The notes under the pieces are model-generated. The model did no database searches and had not been told where the DNA came from. It saw only the letters and a program-made list of their open reading frames with translations. DNA of 64,000 nt from Phoronis australis. Taxonomy: Eukaryota; Animalia; Phoronida. A program made the position numbers and the translations under genes. Positions within the stretch are counted from its first letter, which is position 1. Each line of letters opens with the position of its first letter. The stretch covers positions 530,832-594,831 of the forward strand of contig NMRA01000174.1 of NCBI GenBank assembly GCA_002633005.1, given 5' to 3'. Below are positions 26,601 through 41,600 of this stretch, piece by piece.

Positions 26601-29600
26601 TGTGGTGTTTCTTTTGTATTGAGTATTAGTAAAAATTGACAGTAACATTTTACTGAGAATTATGTCCCTTAATGTAATGGCAGTTGCAAGACACTATTGG
26701 TGAGAAGAATCTTGGGTTGTAGAATGTAAATAATGTGTTTATAGTTACTATTTTCTACCAAAATTCAGAATTATAGCTGTCACTTCAGTGCTGGCCATTT
26801 TGCTACTGTGCTACTGTGCGCTTTTAAGGTCATGAGCTTGTCAACACTTGCTCTTCACTTGCATTGTTATGCATGATTTTGTGTGTTCTCACCAAACTTG
26901 CAAGTAACTCGCAATACAGACCACTCCCCAAATTGCCATTTAGTGATAATGGCTAACAACTGTGCACAGCTTTAGAATCCAATTAAAGTTAAAAAAATTG
27001 GAATTAACCAGCTGTACCTTTTTATTTTACAATGGGAATTGAGTTATGTCCTATATGAATAGATAAATAATCCAATTAATCTTTTAACGCAACTGTTCTT
27101 GTTTTTCCCACCAGTGAGTGAGAGCGATTCTGAAGACTACAGTGATTCAGATGAGGAAATGGAAGATGAGGCCTTGGGTGACAGTGAGTCTAAGCTGGGT
27201 CAGAAGGAGAGCACCTTCGCTTATAGTGATGAGGCCATGAAAAGGTATTCAATGACTCCAAAAACGCTAATTCCCACATTCCAAATTCAGCTCTCCTCTT
27301 GCAGTGCGTAGAAATGGATTGTGTGGTTGACCTAAAAGTCTTCAAATGGTAGAGGTGCTGACACACTTCTGTGCTGAGTTTGACAATTCATTGTGACCCA
27401 CTTAACTTTTCAATTTTTTATGTCTACTTAGCAACACGCTATGCAGATGTAAAACATTACTGGCATTAAGATTATGAATGGCAAACCAAATTTGATGCAA
27501 AATAGTGCTTGGTACACCAACAACAACATTTATACCCTACTGGTGTGCAGTATTTTGGATAAAGATGGTGGAGCTATAGAGGGTGGTGTGGGATTGCTAG
27601 AGAAATAAACATCTTTTAATCTTTCAAATGATTATTAAAAATATCAAAGCCATCTGACAAATCTTTTGTTGGATAATACGTTGTGTGGGCACACATTCTT
27701 CCTGTTAAGACGGGGACTAGATTGTGAAGGGATGTTTCAAGGAACTCCGCTGTGGCTCTTGAGAAACAACTAACAAAACCTTGTGATTCAAGCCACAGCC
27801 TCAGTGTTTAATAGCCCCTCAACTAATGAGCTTCCGCTAAAAGGCAGCACAGCGTTGTTAATTTGTCACCAGGAGTGCTGTTGTTACTGTATTCCATTGT
27901 CGCGCGTTTTCTGGATATATGTGTTCATGGTCATCACAATAAACATTCAATTATTTTTTGAAAGTGCATATTTGAGTGACATGAATCTTTACGTTAATGG
28001 TAGGATTGTGGGTTTCAACTCGTTAGAATTATTATGGTTAGGTTGTTACATGGCACAAAGCAACTAGGTTGGCTTGTTTAAGTAAGATTGGTTTGTAAAA
28101 AGATGAATGATTATTGACAATGTAATGTTCATTTATCATTCACTGCCAATTGTTTCTTTAATTTGTGAATGGGTTATGTCTAGCTTCCTTTTTCAATTTT
28201 TTTTTCTTGTAGATGATTATTAAATCTGTTTTTAAGTTATCCTTCTTGAACAATAATTTGACTTTAATTTGTAGTGCTTCACGACAGAGCCGCCTGACTG
28301 GCCACTCATCATCCAGCTTCATATATAGGACGCATGCTACTCTCGAACCCAGTGAAGAAAAAGTTAGAAATGAGATGTCTGGAGTGGTTCATGGCTTTGA
28401 GACTATTGCTGGTAGGGTACATGGATTGATTAATTTGTAGTGTTGGAGAATGTTTGAGTGATGTTAAAAAATAGACAATGCTTTCAATAATATATTTATG
28501 CACATGTCAGCCAATGAAGTTACTAGTTCAGCTTTCAATCTATTACCGATAGTTCAAAATATGCACCATTCTCCTAAAATTTATAAAAAAGCAACACCAT
28601 GGTATAGTCATCTGTTTGAAGTATGGGTACTTGCTCACACTGATATTGTATGATAGGTTCAAATTCCTTTTTAACATCCAAAATTACAGGTCAGTTTGTG
28701 GCCATGTTACGCGAGCCTCAGTTGGCCGTGTTCTACTCGCCTCCCTCGTATACACTGAAACTGAATTACGATGACGAAGAAAAGCCCGAACTACAACCGT
28801 GGCTAGACATGTGGAAAGTTTTCACGGAAGACGAGAATTATCAAGATATGAATAGTGAGCTGTTGCGTAACGTATCAGAGGCCATTGAGCAGACGAGGGA
28901 TTTTGCTGTTGTAAGTTTCGTGTTTGAGCACTTGCCATGTTAAGTATCTGCATTCACGGTGACCTAACTTATAAGATAGGCCCTCTTCTTCAACATAAAA
29001 TTCATGGTATTCAGCACCAACACTGAACTTCTTGTAAGATGGAATTATAAATAAACCAAACACCATGAATCAATTGAGCTGACTCACCTTTGGTGCTATT
29101 CCAAGCTATTAGTTGGAATGTCTATGGAAATTTTTTGACTGACTACCATAATTTCCTATGATTACCTGAACCTGTCACCTGTGTGTTTTCAGTTTTGTAC
29201 TTCAGCCTTTTAACACCTGCCTTTAAATAGGCAGCATCATTGTATTATTTATTCACATTAAGTTTTTAATAGCCGATAATATTATCATTCCGACATTTTG
29301 AAAGCTGTGCCCTCTGGTACCACGATGCATCTTGGGATAGACCCAAGTAACCACTTTGCATTGTCCTGGAAAAATGTATTAAAAGCTTTTGCAGTATATC
29401 TACAAAGTTTATGAAAGCTCAAGTTTGATTCCCTTCATGCTTGCATTTCTACATTGTAGCATACATTTGAGCTCTGCAATGGTGCACCCTTCAAACGGCT
29501 TGTTTATGACGGCCCCTGCCACGTCTACTTCTGTCAAATTTTCTTCATTCAAGTTTGTTTATAGGCCTACTGAGTTCTTGCATACCGATACTTGCCTTGC

Positions 29601-32600
29601 ATTCAATCAGGAAAGCGCTTTGAAGCACTTCGTGAGATTGTGATATTCAATGATATGCTCGCGGAAAGTGCTTTCATTTTTTGGCGAGCGTTTCTCAAGC
29701 TGCATTGCTAACAAAACCGAGGTGGAATTCAGATCATTCATAAGGGACAAAAAACAATTCGCAGTGCTCGTGGAAAGCATTTCAAAGCACTTTCCTTATT
29801 GAATGCAAGGCAGATTACTTGGGTCAATCCCAGTATGCAACCCTTCAACTACTTCCTGACATGCACACTAGGTAGCTATATTTGAGCTATTGAAAAAGGT
29901 TTTATCGTAATTTTTGACACAAATGTGATGGTAGATGTGTTCATTGGCAGACGTACAGTGAATACTGCACCATGGTGGAGCACTCTCGACAGGTGGACGT
30001 GGCGGCAAGCATGGCTAAGAAGGCTTGGACAACTGACGACTTTCAACGTGTACTGTCGACTCACACAGAGCAGGTAAGGATCGCAAATACCAAGCAAAAT
30101 AATTGTCCTGCCTTTGGCTGCTTCAACTGAATGTTATGTAGTCGTTCTATGCTTAATAATTGTGTTGTAATGCTGAAATTTGATGTCTGTTTTTAGACTA
30201 CAACTAAGGGAGCATTATGTTCTTTCAATTCAAAAGTGTTTGCAAATAATGTTAACTTTATAATTTGCTGTTTACTGACCACCGGAGACTACCAATAGTC
30301 CATTAATTACTTTTTTGATTAACGTCTAATTTATGCTTACATCAGGGCCCGACTATCAAACATTGATCAGGACTTGGCTAAATAAAGTGTTCAATTGCTT
30401 CACATGCTTAGAGTGAAAATTTTCACCATGTGTTTGGAATTCTTTTAACGATGTTTCAAGATGTGGTAATTTGACTCTGTCAGTTTTAAAGCACGTTATT
30501 GTTAACACAAATCCAAGGAAATCGAACATCTCCTAACCTCTCTTTTCACGTCCTTCTTTAGATATCGATGATGAACAAGATGATTGTGAGGAAGAGGCTA
30601 GGGTTGTTGGAACTCAAAGCCTCCAATTTCTGTGAGTCGTGCATGCCATATCCTACAGAGGTATTGAAGGCTGTCAGTGACTGTCTACCGAAAATTGCAT
30701 ATGACAGAAATGATGCTCTGTTGAATATTGTGAAGGTACGCTGTTCAAGTTCTTCTATTTGTTGTTTCTGTTTTTGCTCCATTTTTTGATAGATCAGCAT
30801 GAAAGAGGTAGACATGACTAGTGGGGAAAAAGGTTTATGAAGTATGAGGCAAAGTATCGTGCAAAAGACTTATTTCTGTTGTTGTTCATGCATTTTGTTT
30901 CATTGTTGTCAGTTTTTAAGAACTACAACTGAACTTCTCGCTGTAAATCACATAACATCATTTTATGTGCCTTTTGCAACTTTTTAAGTGTTTACTGATT
31001 CAATTGCGAAACCATTTGAAAATTGTTGCAAATATAACAAGGATCCAGCTACACTTTAAGTATATACAACTGAAAATAAATGACAGTTCACTTTTCTGCT
31101 ATCAACATATTTATAGAAACAAATTATATGATTTTCACAGAAAGCATCCACCAAACTTGATGCCTCGCTCAACTCGGTTGATGAGTTTGTGGAACACTTG
31201 TCCTTCCTGGCCAAGATGCAGGGAGAGATGCCGGCCCTTGAGAAGGAATATGAAGTGGTCACCAAGATGTACACAATCTCCAAGGATTTTGACATCCCTA
31301 TTGACCCTGAAGAGCTGGCTCTCTACCAAACACTGGGACCTAGTTTCCAGCACTTAAAGGTATGATCTCAAGATTCTGTGACAAAACCAATGATGTACCC
31401 TTGGGTGTAATGAGCTGTTGATAATGTGGTGATGTATCTGTTACTATCTATGCACTGCTAAATCTTTTGTTAGAGCTGCCTACGTCACTGAGGTCTTTAT
31501 ATATTGGTCATTACATCACTAAAGCTATCGAGCCGTGCATGAGGTGACTATTTCAATTGCAAACCAAAAGAAGGCCTTAATACGTAGATTTAAGGAATCA
31601 CAAAATTAAAAATTTATATAGTAGTTCAGAATTATAGTGAATAAAGTTTCTGCCAAGAATGTACTGAAGCACTGTCTTGTAGATACTTCAGGCCAAATGT
31701 GTGACATTATGAGATTCTCTATCGGCAGCTGCAATGACAAACAAATTAAACAGTCCACATTGCAAGACAATTAATTGAGGTCTGTTGGTCCATAACTCAC
31801 GTTGTATTGTGTGAGTGTTAATAATAACGAAATATAATTATTATTTCAGTCCACTATTTTATTCTGTGATGCCAAGAAGGAAGAGAATATTCACAAGTTC
31901 AGTGCAGACTTGACAGATCTCCTACAGGACATTCACTTCACGCTCATGGAAATCAAGGTCAAAGTTCGTGACCCCATGCTGTTGAATGTTGATGCGCTTC
32001 CTGTAACAGCCCTTGAGAACATCAAATTTTTACAAGATCAGGTATATTAAGGAAGTTACTAAAGATGCAAAATTATGCTCATAATTTTTGAAACAGTTTT
32101 CATCAAATCTAAACCACAGTACCAACTTTTAACTAAATTGTGTTCTAATACTGTGTAAGAAATAAGTCGAGCAATACTGTTGAAATTGTTCTTTTGGAGA
32201 ATTGATCACACTGACAGATAAGCATTCTTTTGATCTTTTGTAGTGCTGTGTTGTCAAAACCATAAACGCCTACATATTGTCGCCATGAAAACAATATCTG
32301 TGTTATGCCTTCGCCATGACATCATTTAGTTTACTATCTTGTTTTATTTACCCAGGTCACAACACTGACCCAAAAGGCCAGAGCTTATGGCAACTATCAA
32401 GAAAGGTTTGGCAGCAGTCTGCAAAGCAAGAAGATGTATGGAGAGTAAGTAATTGTTGATCAACTAACATTTAATAAATTAAAACTCTCCATTTTTATTG
32501 TAGAATGTTCTATTTTTGAAAAACATTTCTGCCATCCTCAATTTGAAATCGTGTTTTGATTTTGAAAATGAGATTAATTTCTGTTATGTGTAATAAAATG

Positions 32601-35600
32601 ATGTGGCTTACAGAGATTACCTATTGCTTGATCGACGTGATGGTATCAAGGCGCAGACAGTTCAAGGGGAACTTTCGGAAGTGGACCGTGACCTCACGCT
32701 GAGACGTCTACTGTGGGAGAGTCAGGAAGAACTGACCAGACTAGTGGACGAATGGACATCCACCTCATTTGAGCAGTTGAATGTTGAGAGTCTACAGAAG
32801 CACGTGAACCGATTTAGTCAGACGGTTTACATGCTGGAGAAAGGTAGGTTATTGTCAGTGTTGTGTTTGATGGGTAGTGATATCAAATTCATGTGGGAAA
32901 CATAATCACAAAAGCCATATACAGATCGTGTGAAGGGTTTAGTAACAAAATGTTTTGAATTCAAGAATTTTATCTCAAACATATTACCCAAGATGTGGAT
33001 CTGTTTCTGATATTTTTCAATTTTGTAAGAGCATATCAGACCAACAGTCTGATGTAGGTATTACAACACTATCTTGACTGTGATGTTATGATAGAGTAGT
33101 GTTTGACCACATGTCTGTTTCCTCCATGGCTATTTTGATGTAGTTTTTAGACAGTTTTCATTGAAAAACAAAGTAATCATTTTACAAAATCTTAAGAGAT
33201 TCTGATGTATTTGGTTTGCATATGTTCTGTTTCTGTTTTTCATATTATTGTAGGAAATTTTAAAAATTTAATAACTTGCAGAAACTTAAATTTTTCTCTT
33301 TTTGAGTGCTTCGTTATTTTTTACGTATCCCTCTTCTAATCAGGCTTGCCTCATAATGACGTGGTACCAAAGTTAAAAGAGCGAGTGTTTGACTTCAAAC
33401 AAGGCATGCCGGTGATCACGAGTCTGAGGAACCCATCCCTGCGCCCTCGTCACTGGCAGCAGATTGAACGTCTCATCGGGAGTAAGATTACTGGACAGAA
33501 GGATAAGAAATTTACCCTTGGGAATCTCTTAGAAATGAGTGTAAGTTAGAAATTGCAATATACTAATTGTGTATTAGATGAGACTAGGTGTAGAAAATAT
33601 TAAATGTTGTAGTCTACTTTTGTCATGACTGTCTTTCTCGTGTAATCTTTACCAATTTGTGGTATGCTTTTCATGATGAATAAGTTGTACAATTTTCATT
33701 TCCATTATTCACTGTTGATACATTTAAGATTGTTGAACATCTTTTTAATAAATTTCAAAAGTGTGAAGCTGTTAATTTATTTTTTTATTTGTGTATCTTT
33801 TAATTAGATCTTCACCCACAAAGAGAAAATTCAAGACATCTCAACAACTGCAAGTAATGAAGCAACGTTAGAGGTCATGTTGCAAAAGGTTATTGACCTT
33901 TGGCAGAATACTGACTTCAGATTGGTTGCTCACACGGGTCGTGACACTTTCATCATTTCTGGAGCAGACGACATCTTGGCACAGTTGGAAGAAAGTCAAG
34001 TAACCATGGGAACAATTAGAGGATCAAGATATGTGACTCCAATTAAGGTTTGTTTGATATTTGAAATATTATTGATCTAGTTTGTGCTTGTTTTTTGTTG
34101 TTTAGAATACGGTGACAATTGCTGAAGATGTACAGTTGTTTTATGTTCATATTAAATACAAATTTTATGTTATAGTTTTGACTTGAAGTATTTCATCTTT
34201 TATTTGAGAACGAAGCTAGTGTTCTGAAAGTTTGAAGAATTTTTTACTTAATATTTAATATGTAAAATTCTCTGTAACGTAAGGAATGCTAAAACACAAT
34301 TTTACTGTATCTTTTCAGGGCATTGTTGAAGACTGGGAACGCAAACTGAATCTGTTTGCTCGTACACTTGATGAATGGATGACGTGTCAAAGAAACTGGT
34401 TATACTTGGAGCAGATCTTTAGCACACCAGATATCCAGAGGTATGTCTTCACTATTAAAGTGATAGTACTTTAATAGTGTCATGTATCAACTTGGAAACC
34501 TATAAGATATTAATTTACATTTGCACGTCTTGACTTTTTTAAATGCTTTAATTAAATTGCTAAAAACGATTAAATAAATGTCAACATTTTAGGAAGCCGA
34601 ATGGCACTTCCTACGATACTCAGTTATTGTGTCTTCCTTCCATTTAGTTTGATGACCAAAGTGGTACCAACAAAAAGAACAATCCCTTGTCACAGTTTTA
34701 TTAATATTTTTTCAGTGATTACTTATTGAAACTTAAAAACTATTCAAAGCAGGTAATAAAAATCGAAACAAAAATAATAGTACCATTGACAATATCACAA
34801 CTATGCATTATTTCACCCATAGCTTTATGTTTAAATTAAGTTTATTTCTTTTTATTTTACAGACAGTTGCCGTCAGAGTCCAAGATGTTCCAGCAAGTAG
34901 ACAAGAACTGGAAGGACATCATGCGTAAGACAGAGGACCGGCCCAACGCTCTGAAGGCAGCCACGGCCTCGGGTGTTCTGGAGATGTTGCAGGCTTCTAA
35001 TGTCAGCCTCGAAAAAATACACAAGTGTCTCGAGGTATGTAGGCTTACATGAATAACATTATAGTGGTTAGAAATGAATGGATCACTGATGTATCTTTTT
35101 CTAGTGCATGATTGCAAAGTGTTATTTCACTGCAGCATTAACATGTATTTTACCTCTGAGCAGCCGTAATTTATGAAATTAAGCACTGAAACTCTTGAAA
35201 CCAAAAAGAATCTTTGATAGATTGAAGTGTTTTATTGATTTACGCAATTACTTTGAATTTAATTTAGACTTAGAATGAAGTGATTGAATATGTCACGTCT
35301 GCTGACGTAATGTAGTGTTAAAAAACATTCTGATTTTATGAATTTTAAGTATTGTAGTCAATAATAAAAACATTGTCAAGCTTGCATTTGTAAGCCATAT
35401 GTTATTGTTTTTACAATATTTCTTTGCGTTGCTTGTTTCAGGATTACCTAGAGACCAAACGTCTTGTGTTCCCAAGATTTTATTTCCTTAGCAACGATGA
35501 GTTGTTAGATATTCTGGCCCAATCAAAGAATCCTGATGCTGTACAGGTGAGAAGTGTGTTATCAGGATCAACTTGTAGAAGTGTTTTTACTAGCAGCTTC

Positions 35601-38600
35601 CATGGTTACTACATTTTTGTAAGTGTAGACATAGACGGAGCGCAGACAGAGTTTCTCCCCAGATTCTTGCAAGGTGAAAATTTTGAACATTTCAAGCAGA
35701 GTGATAAAAATTTTAGGCACATCAGTTCTGCCAATTGCTCCCCTAACCCTTGAAAGTTGAATGCAACAGATCGCTGAGTTGTACAGCTACAATATTTGTG
35801 CATGCTGAACAAAATATCTGTACAAAAAGTCAAATAATTCCATCCTCTCTTCCTGCTAGCCCCATCTTGGAAAATGCTTTGGCAATGTCAAGTTCCTGGA
35901 CATCAAGTCACCTCCACGTCAGCCGCCAACTGTCAAGAGCATGTCGTCATTTGAAGGAGAGAATATACAGATGCCTAAGTATGTAGTGGCCACTTAGTGG
36001 TCTAATGGTCATTCTCTTGTCCTTTTCGTATACAGGTTTGATTCCATTCATTAATTAGAAAATGTTCCATAGATTTTTTTTCTGTTTGTCCTGATTATCT
36101 GTGCAGGCCAAAATTTTCACAGCGCAGGAATTCAGTCATCCTCAAAAATTGTTACAGCTTGTGCAAACTGTGACAACTTGAGCTGCAAATTCTGACCCAA
36201 ATCTATGCAATCATGGTGTTTTGACAATTTGGATCGCTGTGACAATTTAGGCTTGAACAGTTCTCCTGTTTCCAACTGAGAAATGTTCTTGATCCTAAAG
36301 AGGAAGAAGAAATTAACTTCCAAGTCTGTTTTGAAATGATGACGATGTTTTTTTTATATCCTATACTGTTGCAATACAACAGAATAATTCATTTGTCAGT
36401 TCATTTTAAATTTACAATTTAGTTTTTAATAATTGTAGATTATAACCTGACCTTGTAACTTTGAAATTGTTTGTTTCAGGAATGTGAGAGCCCGTGGTCC
36501 TGTTGAACAGTGGCTGTGTGGAGTGGAGAATGGAATGTTTGACACTGTTAAGAGGTTTGTAATTTGTTCTAGTTCAATCAAACATTTAACTGAATAATCT
36601 GATATTCTGCTTTAGACAAAGTATTGATTTTCTCTTCATCATATTATGTGGTGAAATTATAGACTCTTAATTGCCAAAATGGTTCCAATTTCAGTCTATA
36701 AATTTTGTGATAATTTGGAGTTGAACTTCAAAAAGTTCTGCAAAGGGCAGTGCTTCCATCTCATTGCTTGAGACTTAGACTCTTCAAATTTCAATGGATG
36801 TAACGCTTGGTTTGTTCCAGCTAAGAAAGACACTGAAGGGAAGTAATGGTTCTAAGTTAAACTGGATAACTGATCAGTTATTAAGACCTGGAGCCTAATG
36901 GTGATGCTATTCACGTGCACAGTTTTGCTGTAAAATTAATGATATGTGCTGTTAATGTATTTTCACTAAGATTTAGGACATTGCTTAGTCCAAACATCTC
37001 GAGCTTGGCCTGCCTCACTTTTTTGAGTATTGGTAATGATGAACACATTGTCACCATGGCAATGCCATGTCTTGTTTTTATAAATCACTAACATTCACGA
37101 CAATGTTATTTCATGCTTTCTTCAGGCACCTCAAACTAGGGCTAGCTGACTGGTTGGGTATTGGACATGATGAGTGGGTACTGAAACATCCGGGTCAGGT
37201 GGTACTGACAGTGGTAGGTACAGACTGCATTGGTTTAACTGAAAGGAATTGTGAAACATTCCAGAGTTGCTGGTCTTGCTAAGATACTGCAAATACCAAT
37301 ACTCGGAGCAGACTTGAGTGCCCTATGGAAATTAGTTAACATTCAAATAATGATAACCACTAGGTATAATCAAAATTATGGGAGACTCAATATTCATTGT
37401 GTTGTGAGTGTGAAGAAATGACCTGGTTTTTGTTTAAATAGATTGAGATCTAAAGCTGTTTCCTAACTTGAAGGTCTTTGGATACACTTATGCAGGTAGC
37501 ATCATCTCTGAATTGTTAAAGTCCCTCAGTATAATTGAAAGATAAGCACCATAAGTCACTTATTAGAAGTCTGTCAATTACTCAGTAAGTAACCTCACTG
37601 ACACGTATGTGTTGTGAAGGGCTAGGGTTTAGATTTCTTTGAGTGTATGATTGAAGTTTAATTGTGTGTTGCATCAATGCAAATTAATTCCCTGGAAAGT
37701 CAATGTTTCCCTCCATAAAAATTATGCTGCAAATTAAATTTTTTCTTTAAGATTAAAGTTTAATGATTTGAATCATTCTTCAGAAAAAACACATGTTGGA
37801 AATTTGAGGTGAGCTGCAGTATTATTGTTTAGATTTCATTTTTTAAATCTTTCAGGATTTAACAAACATTAATTTTAAGAATGCAAGTTTTTGCAAGACC
37901 GACCTTTGACCCTGACTTTTGAAAATAATGCACAATTTCAAGTTGGCGTTTTGAAAACTTAATTTCCACATTTCTCCTTACTTTCAGGCTCAAATAATGT
38001 TTAACAGAGACGTTCTTCTGTGCTTTAATGCGGCTGACCCCAAAAAGAGCCTGGAGACTCTCAAGGACAAGATGGTCGACACCCTGAACCTCCTTGCAGG
38101 ACTAGTGTCCACAAACCTTCCCACTCACAAGTGTCAGAGTCTAGAGGCCATGTTGACCATAGATGTCCATAACCGTGATATTATAGCGGGTATGGTGGAT
38201 AATAGTGTCACATCTCCGGAGAACTTTGACTGGACGAGGTAGGTTTGGATACTGGATTGAGATTTTTAATACTTTATATTAGAGTATCATCATCAGTACT
38301 CTGCATGACATGCTTACTTTGTCACATTCACTCCATGACAACCCTCAACACATTCACACAACATTCATTCCTTGATAACCTTTAACACATTCACACCACA
38401 TTCACTCCATGACATTCCTCAACACATTCACACCACATTCACTCCATGACAACCCTTAATACATTCACACCACATTCACTCCATGACAACCCATGACACA
38501 TTCACTCCATGACAACCCTTAATACATTCATACCACATTTGATTCCTGAGATTTAGCACTTGGAAGCAGGAGTGCAATGCAAACAGATGGTTTGCAGTCT

Positions 38601-41600
38601 GAATTACTGAGTTGTATTGGCCTCATTACATGTAGTGATAGTTATGTTGAGTCTAATATTTGTTATGGTATCAGTGTTGCCTTTACATAAGTCGTTCTTT
38701 ACTCCAGCATTATTGCTTGATGACAATGACAGTTCTAATTTAGTATGCTTTTTTGTTATGAACTTTTTGTTTGGTGTTTGTTTTTTAAGTGTCCTTTCTT
38801 AAAACTTCTCACCCTTGTCGTACAGACAACTGCGCTATGAGTGGGATGACCTGAGGAACAACTGTGTCATCCTACAGTCAAATGCTGAGTTTGTTTATGG
38901 CTATGAGTACCTGGGCTGCTCCCCAAGACTTGTTATTACACCACTTACTGACCGCTGCTACCTGACCTTGACGGGGGCGCTCCATCTCAACTTAGGTGGC
39001 TCACCAGCGGGACCTGCAGGCACAGGCAAAACTGAAACATGTAAAGACCTGGCAAAGGTTTGTTGGTCAAGTGATTGCTTCTGAAGTGACTGCTTAGTCC
39101 ACATTGTCTGTGATCGAAGCAGTGTTAAACCCGCATTCCAGATTTTGATGTAAAAAATTTACTGCTATGAATGTGGTTTCAACTTGTCAGATGAGAAGAT
39201 GCAAGAACATCAGAAAATATACAGAAACCCATTCATAAATGCATTCACACATAGCAACATGACCTCTCTTACAAGATATATAATTATGGTATGTTGAACT
39301 CATAAATATTGTAAAATCCTCCCATTTTCCAGAAAGGCTGTCACTTGCGACTATTATGTCTGATATATTTTTCGCAACATTATACTCCTGAATATATAAC
39401 TTATGGACATTAGGTACATTTGTTTGTTATATCTGACGTGACTTAATATCACTATATGTGACTTTAGTGAATGCAAATCAAGCCATTGAAAGGCCGATTA
39501 AAGCACGTTAGTGATCATTTTATTTTCAGGCCATGGGAAAGCAATGTGTTGTATTCAATTGCTCAGAGGGTCTTGACTACAAGGTAAGCTTAGAAAAATT
39601 CCAGAATCTAAATGATGGTTTCTAGTAGGTAGCAAGTGACATCACAGTGGCATATTGTTGTTGTTGCATTTTCAATTTATTATTTTTATGACTCTTGAAC
39701 TTGAATATTGGGTGTTTCTTTTTTTATAGGAAGTGAAATAGATTACTACAAAAATAACTTTTAGTCAAAGTGTTAAAGGGGGGTTACTGTTATTAGTTAT
39801 TTGTATCTTAAGATTTTATGCCGAAAGTTCAAAATTAATAATATTCCTCGAGAAGTTGACAGATGTTCAACAATTAATCTTTGACATTTCAATACTGCAT
39901 ATCTTGTACCTATGCCTTCTAGATGCTGGGCAAGTTCTTCTCAGGCATGGCGCAGGCTGGCACATGGTGCTGTTTTGATGAGTTTAACCGTATCGACATT
40001 GAGGTGTTGTCTGTAGTGGCTCAACAGATCCACACTATTAAAGTGGCAAAGGACCAAGAAGCAGCCAGGTAATTAGAAAGAGAGTAAAGAAAACGTCATA
40101 CAATGTCTGTTGGTGTGCGTAAATTTTCAGTACTCTTTAGTGTCAGAATATTGGTTTTAAGAATGTAATACTCCTGTTGTTGATTATGTTTTGTGTGAAA
40201 AAACAGCAACTTTTGAATTTGACCTTTTACCAGCTATAAAATTTGTCTCAATTTGTTCCTTTACTAAATTTACAAGTGGCTTAATAGCTTCAACAAAGGA
40301 CAAGCATAATATTGTACTTAATACTGAACTCAGTAAGTTAGTAAGCTATGGCCACTCAGTTTATGGGCAAGTGGTGGAACAGGCTAGTTCTGTTATGAAA
40401 CACTAGGTGGATTAACTGTTACACAATTCAGAGGTCTTCCGCATTTTGAGGACCAGTTTTCACCAATGAGTAACTAGTTCTCAAAATCTGGGACACCGGT
40501 AAGTGACTATTGCCGCACTTACTGTCTGAGCTCCACACCCGGAATAGAGTGTGGTTTACTAAGTGTGTGATTAAGTTTTAAATGTTGACTTTGATTACAT
40601 ATGTTACTTGCTTTAGAATACCGAGGGCGTTGAAAGCAATAATAAGGTGATGGGCCTGGTAACATTGTGTTCTTTTTGTTCTCTTGTGTTATGTTTTATG
40701 TCATGCAATCACTAATAAGCTGTTTATTTTACTTAATTTGCCATTAACAAAAATTGAGCTGCTTGTTGAAAACATTTTGTTTAACGGAGATATAATCGAC
40801 ACTCCATTCAATACAAAATTTATACTTTTTGATGCTTGTATGTAATTGACCAGTGAAAAATATAAACTGATCTGTTGTTTCAGGTTTCTGTTTGAAGGCA
40901 GAGATATCAAACTGAATACAACCTGTGGGGTGTTCATTACTATGAATCCAAGGTAAGTCTAAGTGAAACACATCACACATTGTGCTGTTACTGCCAATCA
41001 CTCACGTCAAAGTATGATATGTTATGTTACAATGACATCTCTGCTAAAGGAATTGTAGCCTTATTAAAGTTGTATATTATGTTCACACTTTTAAGTAGCT
41101 TGACTCAATTTTATGTCTCCCTGGTGAAACTAAATTTGTATTCTTCTTTTGTTCTGCATCCAACGTCATGTTGAATAGCTGTCACTCGAAATCATTCCCA
41201 ACGTCTTTGACTATTTCTATCCACTTCAGTATAAAACTTTCATTTAATTGAATTTATCCATAAGTTTGTAAACTGGTGGCATTGAGACCGAGTGATTGAA
41301 ACGCATTAAACTAAAACCTTCTTCACCTCTTATTTGGCAGAGATAATGACGGTGTTCTGTTTTACTTAGTTACGCAGGGCGTGTTGAACTCCCTGACAAC
41401 CTGAAGTCTCTGTTCCGCTCCGTGGCCATGATGGTGCCAGACTATGCTATGATTGCTGAAATTATGCTCTTCTCAGAAGGGTTCACGGCCGCTCAGTCAC
41501 TGTCTGGAAAGATTGTCAACCTCTATCAGTTGTCCAGCAAGCAGCTCTCTCAGCAGGTGAGACACCTTTTGTGACTGTGCTGTATGCCATATTTGTCATT

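Noticed and set aside
38324-38540. Repeats of about 37 bp as a CRISPR array
   Set aside because: Contiguous units with no unique spacers, in a eukaryotic intron with no cas genes; a minisatellite.
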